From: an uncultured Chitinophagales bacterium
GTDB lineage: Bacteria; Bacteroidota; Ignavibacteria; UBA10030; UBA6906
Length of the DNA: 36,901 bases
NCBI GenBank assembly: GCA_964633855.1
Contig: CAZWIN010000001.1
Location: 1 to 36,901 of the forward strand
Direction of reading: 5' to 3'
Every line of letters begins with the position of its first letter. Within the stretch, counting starts at the first letter, position 1. This document shows, in pieces, positions 8,850 through 16,684 of the stretch. The translations under genes were made by a program, and so were the position numbers. The notes under the pieces are model-generated. The model was not told where the DNA came from. It worked only from the letters and a program-made list of their open reading frames with translations, and ran no database searches.

Positions 8850-9686
8850 TTAAGAGTTGCCGGATGGCTGCGCAGTCCGTCCTCTGAACAGCCGTATCAC
8901 CGAAGCAACAAGAAAAATCGCTCCGAGCATGGCCACCACAGAAGAGCCCGCCGGAAAATCAAAATGCGTTGAGAAATAGATCCCGAAGAAGCTCCCGGCA
9001 ACACTGATCAGCATTGCCAGCAACACGAGGCCCGAGCTTTTGCGTGCCAGCAGAATCGCGGAAACGGGCGGCACAACAATGTATGAAAACACCGGGATAA
9101 CCCCTCCGGCACGTACGGCTAGCACAATCGCAAGCCCGACGGAAAGGTAAAAAAGAAAGTTCCACATGTTGAATACCCCGATGTGTTCCGCCTGGCGGTT
9201 CTCGAACTTCTCGGTGAGATCAAAAAATTGTTTGCGGAAAATACCGTGTACAAGGCCCACCAGGCCAAAGGCAATTGCCATAACAGTAATTTGTGTTGTG
9301 GTAACCGTGAACAGGCTGCCGAATAACACTTCCGAAATATCCGCCTCACCGTGCGGAGCCTTGGAAATCAAGAGCACAGTCGCCGCCGAAGCAACCGCAT
9401 AAACGATTCCAATAATGGCTTCCTGCTTGAGCCGCTTGTCCTTCACATTGATGAATGAAAGAACAAACGCCCCCACCATGGTGAAGAGTATTGCAATAAC
9501 GGTCGGGTCTGCTTCCATGTAATTGGCAAATGCAACTCCGAGCATCGAGATCTGCCCCAGGGCGAGGTCAACAAACACAATCCCCCTTCCCACAACATGA
9601 ACGCCGAGATACGAAAGCAGCAGCCCCATGATAATGCTGACTTTGAGCGCGTTAAAAATGAATTCTTGAGTGAACATATCCAGCAT
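8850..9686 (-). CDS. metal (Zn/Mn-type, ABC-3 family) ABC transporter permease
   Basis: 278 aa and polytopic. ZnuB/MntB/TroD-like sequence throughout. Adjacent to a cluster A-I binding protein. Confidence 0.88.
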   Translation of the reverse strand: MLDMFTQEFIFNALKVSIIMGLLLSYLGVHVVGRGIVFVDLALGQISMLGVAFANYMEADPTVIAILFTMVGAFVLSFINVKDKRLKQEAIIGIVYAVASAATVLLISKAPHGEADISEVLFGSLFTVTTTQITVMAIAFGLVGLVHGIFRKQFFDLTEKFENRQAEHIGVFNMWNFLFYLSVGLAIVLAVRAGGVIPVFSYIVVPPVSAILLARKSSGLVLLAMLISVAGSFFGIYFSTHFDFPAGSSVVAMLGAIFLVASVIRLFRGRTAQPSGNS

Positions 9687-9725
9687 AGTGCATTCCTTTC
9701 TGCAGGCTTTATAAGACCCGCAAAA

Positions 9726-10649
9726 TCATTTCAGCGCGTCGGTCATTTTCCCAATATTGTAATCGAACAGATCAAAATAGGTTTTGATACTTTGCTCTGC
9801 GCCAACCGAGGTCGCAAGCGTCACTACTTTCCCTCCGGCATTTCGGGCTACCAGTTCCGCGGACTCTGCAGTAAAATACGGCGACGTGATAATCACCTTC
9901 ATGTTCTCGCGCTTCATTTCGGTGATCACTTTTGCCAGTTGTGATGGTGTCGGCGGAATACCGGGTTTGGGTTCAAGAAAATCGGCGATCTGTAAGCCAA
10001 ATCTCTGCTCAAAATACACCCACTCGTTATGATAGGCGATGATTTTTCTCCCCTTGAACGGAAGCATTTTCCCGGTCCACTCCTTCAACTTTGCGTCAAT
10101 ACCGTCATTGAACTTCCTGAGGTTTTCCCTGTAGTATGATTCGTTTTTTCCATCGAGCCGCACAAGGCCGTTGAGAATGTTTTGGGCAATGACTTTCCCG
10201 ATCACCGGGTCGAGCCAGTAATGCGGGTTTCCAAAGATATGGATGTCGCCTTCCCCACGGTTGATGCTTGAGGGAACCTGCAGCAGCGGCACATTGACGG
10301 AGGCATCAACATATCCCGGCCCACCCTTCATCACAGAGCTGTTCCGCGCACTGTTCAGAAGCGCTGGCACCCAACCCGTTTCCAGGTCGAGCCCGACAGT
10401 AACAAACATATCAGCTTTCGAGAGTTTCAGGATATAGCTCGGCTTGGGATCCACAAAGTGCGGGTTCTGATAGCCGGTCGCTATAGCAAAGACGTCAACG
10501 TTGTCGCCGCCGATAATTTCGGCAATGCTCCTCAGGTCGGGGAGCGAGGTAACGACGCTGAGTTTATCTCCGGCATGAAGCTGTTGCATTCCAAACAGCA
10601 ACGTTGCAACAAGAAGAAAGACAAGAAGTCTCTGTGTTCTGATAATCAT
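9726..10649 (-). CDS. metal ABC transporter substrate-binding protein (ZnuA/TroA-like, cluster A-I)
   Basis: Start at ATG 10649 is preceded by GGAG with a 6-nt spacing. Signal peptide present. Metal-ligand contexts NPHFVDP, GNPHYWLDP and AYHNEWVYF (three His, Zn-type pattern). No His-rich loop. Confidence 0.88.
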   Translation of the reverse strand: MIIRTQRLLVFLLVATLLFGMQQLHAGDKLSVVTSLPDLRSIAEIIGGDNVDVFAIATGYQNPHFVDPKPSYILKLSKADMFVTVGLDLETGWVPALLNSARNSSVMKGGPGYVDASVNVPLLQVPSSINRGEGDIHIFGNPHYWLDPVIGKVIAQNILNGLVRLDGKNESYYRENLRKFNDGIDAKLKEWTGKMLPFKGRKIIAYHNEWVYFEQRFGLQIADFLEPKPGIPPTPSQLAKVITEMKRENMKVIITSPYFTAESAELVARNAGGKVVTLATSVGAEQSIKTYFDLFDYNIGKMTDALK

Positions 10650-10674
10650 GGAGTTCTCCGTTTTCATTGGCATA

Positions 10675-11820
10675 TTAATACTGATGGGCGCCATGCGCGC
10701 CGATGGTAAAGGTCGAGCGCAAAAGCACCTGTGATACATCGGAAAAAGTATTTGAATTTGCAGTCTTTACTTCCAACTCTACTTTCTGAAACTCAGTCGC
10801 CTGCCAGCCAAAAATACCCGCGTACCCGCGCTCTGCAAACGATGCATCGTCAGGACGGTTGGAATAATCGAAACGGGCGGTCAAGAATAACCGCTTTTCA
10901 AGCTGGCAGGTTGCAAGGGCATACATCCCCCAGGATTTCACCCTCTCTGGTTCGGATATCTTTTTGTCGCACCAGACAGCTTCGGCCTGCAGTACAACAG
11001 ACTGATAATCATTGAACTGCAGAGGTTTCCATTTATAGGTGAGATCTATTCCACCGATAAACGTCGAAAACAGAGCATCGTTCGGCCCGGCGGCGGCGCT
11101 CAGACCGAGCTCCAGCGTTGCATTCTCGGTAAGATCCCAAAAGTTCTTCAGGTGTCCGAGATAGAGGTAGCGATCCACCGCGCTTCTGGCAAACCCCGGA
11201 TTGTCTTCCGGGCCCCTGGTCGCCTGAAGAGTGAACTCCTGATAGAAATCAAGCGGATTTGGAACAAGCCAGCTCAATGACAGGCCTTCGTCGTTCAATC
11301 CCTCATCGCCAAAGTAATTCAGGTATACTGCCGGAACATCAATAAACGGAAGGACGTGCGGATGAAGTGGATTGATTTTCCCAAAAGCTGAACGGAATTT
11401 CCCAGCTTTCAGTTGAAGGCCGGCGGGAAGGTCAAGGCTTGTGAGAAATGCTTCTTCAAGGTCCAGCCCGAACTTTCCGGTTGCAGGGTCACGTGCAACT
11501 GAAATGAAAAAATCCGCTCGCCCATACGGATCGACGACGGATTGAAGAGCAATCTCCGCCTCGCTGAACTCCAAATCAAAATGGCGTTCCGCCGGCGTGA
11601 GATAGGATGCGCGTATATCGCCCACCACACTCATGTCCGGGTTGATTGATGGAACGCTACGCGGAACAACAACGGGTGGTTGTGGCGGGGTCATTTGCTC
11701 TTGAAGAGTCCGGACGAGCAGGGAATCGGTTACTGCGGTAGTATCCTGCTGGGCTCCGGCAGGAATATGCAGGAACAACACACATAACGTCAAGAACGAT
11801 TTCTTGCGGCAAGAATACAT
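10675..11820 (-). CDS. predicted outer-membrane beta-barrel (porin-like) protein
   Basis: ATG 11820 is preceded by GGGAGGG. Signal peptide ...LFLHIPAGAQQ. Alternating amphipathic strands and a C-terminal aromatic residue (..TFTIGAHGAHQY). Family not identified. Confidence 0.6.
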   Translation of the reverse strand: MYSCRKKSFLTLCVLFLHIPAGAQQDTTAVTDSLLVRTLQEQMTPPQPPVVVPRSVPSINPDMSVVGDIRASYLTPAERHFDLEFSEAEIALQSVVDPYGRADFFISVARDPATGKFGLDLEEAFLTSLDLPAGLQLKAGKFRSAFGKINPLHPHVLPFIDVPAVYLNYFGDEGLNDEGLSLSWLVPNPLDFYQEFTLQATRGPEDNPGFARSAVDRYLYLGHLKNFWDLTENATLELGLSAAAGPNDALFSTFIGGIDLTYKWKPLQFNDYQSVVLQAEAVWCDKKISEPERVKSWGMYALATCQLEKRLFLTARFDYSNRPDDASFAERGYAGIFGWQATEFQKVELEVKTANSNTFSDVSQVLLRSTFTIGAHGAHQY

Positions 11821-11896
11821 TGCTTCCCTCCCAGGCATGCACATGAGTACACGCGAACAAGGTTAATAAGAAAGGAGTTGTGTAATGAAAGAACGG

Positions 11897-12247
11897 TTAC
11901 AACAACCGTAGCGGAGGGCCGCGTTTGCCGGAGTGAAGGATATCCGCTTCGCCGGGCTGCTCGTTGAAAGAAGGAACAACTGCAAAGGAGATAACTGTCG
12001 GGTCGGTGACAATGTAAGGTGCTGTCTCAACTGCAACGCGCTGGGTGGAGTGCGTGCACGCCAGGCAGTCATGAATCTTGCCGAGCGGCACATGGCGCTC
12101 ATGCGCACCGCAATCATGAGCCGCAAGCGTATGCTGCGAAAAAAGCGGGATGTCGTGCCGGTGGTTATGCGCAACCTCAAGAAGTGTCCCGGCCAGTATA
12201 TAGCCAAATAAGAGAATCGCTGTTATATGTCGAAAACGCCGCCGCAT
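11897..12247 (-). CDS. small membrane-anchored His/Cys-rich protein (possible metal-binding)
   Basis: 116 aa with an N-terminal TM helix (ITAILLFGYILAGTLL), then HNHRHD, HDCGAHERH and HDCLACTH. A good promoter lies directly upstream. It is the first gene of the metal-transporter string. Confidence 0.55.
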   Translation of the reverse strand: MRRRFRHITAILLFGYILAGTLLEVAHNHRHDIPLFSQHTLAAHDCGAHERHVPLGKIHDCLACTHSTQRVAVETAPYIVTDPTVISFAVVPSFNEQPGEADILHSGKRGPPLRLL

Positions 12248-12254
12248 GGGTCAT

Positions 12255-12283
12255 AATATAGGCTGATGAGGATGGAGAAGCAA
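12255..12283 (-). promoter_or_regulatory. candidate promoter of the His/Cys-rich gene (TTGCTT-17-TATATT), predicted leaderless
   Basis: On the minus strand: TTGCTT (12283-12278), a 17-nt spacer, then TATATT (12260-12255). Only 7 nt separate the -10 box from the ATG at 12247. Confidence 0.45.
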
Positions 12284-12298
12284 GGCTGGAAACAACGG

Positions 12299-12311
12299 TT
12301 TATTGAATAAA
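12299..12311. promoter_or_regulatory. perfect 13-nt AT-rich palindrome TTTATTGAATAAA (possible operator)
   Basis: Seen directly in the sequence. It overlaps the -35 of the S46 promoter and lies 16 nt upstream of the -35 of the divergent promoter. Confidence 0.3.
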
Positions 12312-12331
12312 ACACCCGTTTCCCTTATCAT
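12303..12331 (+). promoter_or_regulatory. candidate promoter of the S46 peptidase gene (TTGAAT-17-TATCAT)
   Basis: TTGAAT at 12303-12308, a 17-nt spacer, then TATCAT at 12326-12331, 52 nt upstream of ATG 12384. Confidence 0.45.
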
Positions 12332-12383
12332 ACTTCCATCAAATCCAGGCCATACAGTTCAACTTTACCTTTCAGGAACTCCA

Positions 12384-14510
12384 ATGAAAAAAACCCTTGG
12401 AACTTTTGTCCTCCTTGCAACATGTGCTCTCTTCCCGGCTGCTACGTGGATGGATGAGGGAATGTGGTTGCTCGACTCCGTGGATAAACTCCCTCTGGCA
12501 AAAATGAAGGATCACGGACTTGAACTGACCCCAAGCCAGATTTTTAATCCCGACGGAACAAGCCTCACAGATGCGATCGTCCTGCTGCCCGGCGGCACGG
12601 GCGGCTTCATTTCAAATCAGGGGCTTATCATCACCAACCATCACATTGCGTTTGCGGGAATTCAATCCTTAAGCTCCGTGCATGATGACTACCTCAAGAA
12701 CGGATTCCTTGCAAAGACAAAAGAAGAAGAGCTGTCAACTTCCTACACCGCGGAGATCGTCACGGAGATACGGGACATCACGACCGAAGTACTTTCCGTT
12801 GTCACCGATGGCATGTCTGCGGAGGATCGCTCGAAAGCCATTCAGAAACAGATGCGCACCGTTGAAGCAAACGCGCGGGGAACTTCAGACTATACCTACC
12901 GTGCATCGGAGTTGTACAACGGCGTGAAGTTTTCGTTGTTCAGGTTTGAAGTGTTGAGGGATGTCCGGCTCGTCTATGCACCGCCAAGTGCAATCGGCAA
13001 CTATGGCGGCGAAGTGGATAACTGGATGTGGCCGCGCCATACGGGCGACTTTGCGCTCATGCGCGCGTATACCGGGCCGAACAGCAAACCTGCCAAATAT
13101 GCAAAAGAAAACATTCCCTACACTCCCCGGAAGTTTCTGCCCGTATCATCAAAGGGCGCTATCGAGGGAACCTTCTCCATGATTATGGGATTTCCCGGTA
13201 CTACCTATCGCTACCGGGAATTCCCGGCCGTACAGCTTGCGCACGATCAAACCATGCCTGCAACAATTGATCTCTACCAGACCCGTATGGATGTTGTTGA
13301 ACGCATCGGGAAGGATGACCGTGAAATTCAAATCAAGTACGCGACAAAAAACCGCCGTATAGCAAACGCTTACAAAAAACAAATCGGTATTCTTGAAGGA
13401 ATGAAGCGCTCCGGCTTCCTGAACCTCAAGAAGAAAGAGAACGGTGAGTTCGCCGCATGGATTTCCTCATCACCGGAGCGTCAGGCAAAGTACGGCTCGT
13501 TATTGAAGGAGATGGACGACGCGACAAAAGACCTGCAGTCGGTAAGCAGGAAAAACATCTTCTATACCAATTTTACCACAGCCGTTGAGGTGCTTGCAAT
13601 CGCCAACAGGTTTATCACCTATACGAATGGCTTCCCAAAGGACTCTCTCGGCAAAACGCTCGAACCCACCGAAAAGGAACGCGCCCCTGTGCGTGATTTT
13701 CTTGCAACCACATTCAAGGATTTTGATCTCCGCGTTGACAAGGAGATGATGGTGCAAATGATGCTTAAATCCGCCCAATTACCCGTCGGGCAAGAAATCA
13801 ATTCTCTCAGGAGGGTTACCGCAAACAATACCGGTACAGCATTAGAGCGGCGCGTTCGGGATTATGTGAACGATCTGTATGATGACAGCAAACTGACCTC
13901 CAAGGCGTCATGCGAACAACTGTTATTGAAGGATGAAGAGGACATTCTCGACGACCCCATCGTCGCCTTCATGTCTGCACTGGCAGAGGAGCGGGCGCCG
14001 GTTACGGCAAAGGTCAATGCGTTCAACACGGCTATCGGCAGGATGCGCACAATATATACCGCAGCGTGGCTGTTATGGAAAAACCTGACCGCCACCTACC
14101 CCGATGCAAACCGTACACTGAGAATGACCTATGGCCTCGTCGAGCCATTGGAGCCCAAGGATGCGGTCACGTATTCGAGCATGACCTCGTTGGGCGGAAT
14201 CATGGAGAAGGAGACCGGGGAAGAACCGTTTGTTGTTCCAGAAAAACTGAAAGACCTCTGGCTGCACAAGGATTTCGGCACGTATGCCGATCCGAAATTG
14301 CATGACGTGCCCGTTGCATTCATTGCCAACCTGGATATTACCGGCGGAAATTCCGGAAGCCCGGTCATCAACGGCAGAGGCGAATTGATCGGTTGTTCGT
14401 TTGACGGAAACTGGGAGGCTGTTCTTGGCGATTATTACTTTCAGTCAAAGTACAACCGCGCTACATTCTGTTCATTTTGGATAAGTTTGCCGGTGCGGAG
14501 AATATCATGA
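12384..14510 (+). CDS. S46-family dipeptidyl-peptidase (DPP7/DPP11-like), 3' end frame-disrupted
   Basis: Signal peptide, then DEGMWLL. Catalytic His context ITNHHIA and catalytic Ser context TGGNSGSPVING. The last 16 codons are non-homologous, and the canonical tail is found in another frame (see findings). Confidence 0.85.
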   Translation: MKKTLGTFVLLATCALFPAATWMDEGMWLLDSVDKLPLAKMKDHGLELTPSQIFNPDGTSLTDAIVLLPGGTGGFISNQGLIITNHHIAFAGIQSLSSVHDDYLKNGFLAKTKEEELSTSYTAEIVTEIRDITTEVLSVVTDGMSAEDRSKAIQKQMRTVEANARGTSDYTYRASELYNGVKFSLFRFEVLRDVRLVYAPPSAIGNYGGEVDNWMWPRHTGDFALMRAYTGPNSKPAKYAKENIPYTPRKFLPVSSKGAIEGTFSMIMGFPGTTYRYREFPAVQLAHDQTMPATIDLYQTRMDVVERIGKDDREIQIKYATKNRRIANAYKKQIGILEGMKRSGFLNLKKKENGEFAAWISSSPERQAKYGSLLKEMDDATKDLQSVSRKNIFYTNFTTAVEVLAIANRFITYTNGFPKDSLGKTLEPTEKERAPVRDFLATTFKDFDLRVDKEMMVQMMLKSAQLPVGQEINSLRRVTANNTGTALERRVRDYVNDLYDDSKLTSKASCEQLLLKDEEDILDDPIVAFMSALAEERAPVTAKVNAFNTAIGRMRTIYTAAWLLWKNLTATYPDANRTLRMTYGLVEPLEPKDAVTYSSMTSLGGIMEKETGEEPFVVPEKLKDLWLHKDFGTYADPKLHDVPVAFIANLDITGGNSGSPVINGRGELIGCSFDGNWEAVLGDYYFQSKYNRATFCSFWISLPVRRIS

Positions 14511-14544
14511 AGGAATTGGTCATTCGGTAAACACACTCTTACTT

Positions 14545-15744
14545 TCATGGCCGGCAAATCTTTCCAAGTATGATCTTTTTCTTTGCGCCTGTTACTGACG
14601 GCATATTGGCAGGATTTCCGGCTATACACTCATTTGCAAGAATTGCAAAACAAATTGCTTCCTTCGCTTCGGATGAAACACCGAAGCGGTCAATGGAATG
14701 TACCTTTGCCGGCGCAAAGTATCTCCGCAACGCAGCCATGAGATAATTATTCCTTGCCCCGCCACCGCTGACTATTAATTGACCCGCCTGATGTTTCTTC
14801 AGCGCAAACTTTTTGACCCCCTCATACACGGCATAGGCGGTGAATTCAGATGCCGTTGCAATAATGTCTTTCCGGTCATAACCACGCGCCTGCTCCAGTA
14901 AGGCTTCAACAAACTTTGTCCCGAACATTTCCCGCCCTGTGGACTTTGGCGGCTTCTGTTTCAGGTATGCATGCCTCTTCATCCAATCGAATAACTCATG
15001 AATCACCATACCCGACGATGCGGTTGTTCCGTTCCTGTCGTATGCTCTGTTGTAGAACCGCCGCATGAGCGCATCAATCACCATATTGCCCGGCCCTGTA
15101 TCAAACGCGGTGACCTCATCGGGAGAACAATTCGAAGGAAGAACGGTAATGTTGGCAATACCGCCGATGTTCAAGAGTATGCGATTCTCCCCCTTCGAAC
15201 GGAATGCAAGCCAATCAAAATACGGTACAAGCGGCGCGCCTTGTCCCCCAACCGCCATATCTGCCGGCCGGAAGTCACCGACCGTCACAACGCCGGTGAG
15301 CGCGGCGAGAGCGGATGGATCTCCGATTTGAAGGGTTGCGCTGATACTCTTCCCGAACATTCTTGTGGAATTCGGCAGGTGCTGGATGGTCTGTCCATGC
15401 GAGCCGATAAGATCAACCCGCGAAAGCGGCAGGCCTGCTTTCTTTGACACTGTTCTGGCGGCATCACCATAAAGATGCGCAAGCAAAACATTCAACCGCG
15501 CAATCTCATCAACGCTGCTTGAGTGCGGAGTCGAGCTTTTCAGGAGAAGTCCCCTGAGTCCGCGTGGAAAGCGCTGATGATGAAACGCCAGTTGTTTGAA
15601 TTTCGTCGAAGCACCGGCTCCCCTTAGCCGCAAGAGTACCGCATCAATGCCGTCCAGCGATGTCCCGGACATGAGGCCGATGACCAGCCGGGAGTATGTC
15701 AGGCGTGGGGTTTGAGGTGTAGGATTTAAGGTTTGGGATTTCAA
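14545..15744 (-). CDS. anmK: anhydro-N-acetylmuramic acid kinase
   Basis: VIGLMSGTSLDGIDAVL N-terminal motif. Length is about 399 aa. Start is TTG at 15744. Confidence 0.9.
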   Translation of the reverse strand: MKSQTLNPTPQTPRLTYSRLVIGLMSGTSLDGIDAVLLRLRGAGASTKFKQLAFHHQRFPRGLRGLLLKSSTPHSSSVDEIARLNVLLAHLYGDAARTVSKKAGLPLSRVDLIGSHGQTIQHLPNSTRMFGKSISATLQIGDPSALAALTGVVTVGDFRPADMAVGGQGAPLVPYFDWLAFRSKGENRILLNIGGIANITVLPSNCSPDEVTAFDTGPGNMVIDALMRRFYNRAYDRNGTTASSGMVIHELFDWMKRHAYLKQKPPKSTGREMFGTKFVEALLEQARGYDRKDIIATASEFTAYAVYEGVKKFALKKHQAGQLIVSGGGARNNYLMAALRRYFAPAKVHSIDRFGVSSEAKEAICFAILANECIAGNPANMPSVTGAKKKIILGKICRP

Positions 15745-15763
15745 TTTTATGTATCTTCATTCC

Positions 15764-16630
15764 ATGAAACTGCTTCTTGGTTCACACATGTCAACCGTCG
15801 GGGGCGTGCATACTGCGTTTGCGCGCGGTATGGGCATTGGCTGCACAACCATGCAGGTGTTCGTAAAAAACAACAACCAATGGCGCGGCAAGCCCGTCAC
15901 CGCTGATGACGTCACAAACTACAAAACCGTGGAGGCGAAATCAACCATTTCGCCTGTTGTCGCCCACGCAGCGTACCTTATCAATCTCTGCGCAACCAAC
16001 CTCCCCACACTGGAAAACTCCCGGATAGCATTCGCAGATGAACTCCGGCGTTGCGATTCTTTTGGCGTGCAGGCATTGATCTTTCATCCGGGCGCACACG
16101 TCGGCGCCGGAGAGGCGGATGGTATCAAACGAATTGCGGAATCCCTTAACGTTGTACATGACGCTACACAAGGCGTCCGTGTGTTGAGCACGCTCGAAAC
16201 AACTGCCGGACAGGGAACCGCAATCGGTTACCGCTTTGAGCAGCTACGGGCTATTATTGACATAGTTGATGACGCGAAGCGGATGGCGGTCTGTATGGAT
16301 ACCTGCCATCTTTTCGCGGCGGGGTACAACATAAGTTCCGAAGAAGGCTGGCGCGATACAATGCAACAATTCGAGGATATCATCGGATGGCAACGTCTTG
16401 CCGCCGTTCACGTCAATGATTCCAAACGCGGGCTGAATTCGAGAGTGGACAGACACGAGCACATAGGAAAAGGTAAAATCGGCTTAACGGGATTCAGGAT
16501 GTTAATGAATGACCCCCGCCTCGTGGACACACCCAAAATACTCGAAACCGAGAAGAGCGAAGACATGCACGAGGATATTGAAAATATGGCCGTTCTGCAA
16601 TCTCTTGCAGAAGAAGGGAAATCTCTCTAG
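15764..16630 (+). CDS. nfo: deoxyribonuclease IV (endonuclease IV)
   Basis: MKLLLGSHMSTVGGV..., HPG, LETTAGQG, CMDTCHLFAAGY and VHVNDSK are Nfo/AP-endonuclease-2 motifs. ATG 15749 is an alternative start. Confidence 0.92.
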   Translation: MKLLLGSHMSTVGGVHTAFARGMGIGCTTMQVFVKNNNQWRGKPVTADDVTNYKTVEAKSTISPVVAHAAYLINLCATNLPTLENSRIAFADELRRCDSFGVQALIFHPGAHVGAGEADGIKRIAESLNVVHDATQGVRVLSTLETTAGQGTAIGYRFEQLRAIIDIVDDAKRMAVCMDTCHLFAAGYNISSEEGWRDTMQQFEDIIGWQRLAAVHVNDSKRGLNSRVDRHEHIGKGKIGLTGFRMLMNDPRLVDTPKILETEKSEDMHEDIENMAVLQSLAEEGKSL

Positions 16631-16684
16631 TTTCAGCACCACATAATTCACCACCCTTATTCCATCCTCCAGGAGGTCTCTATC

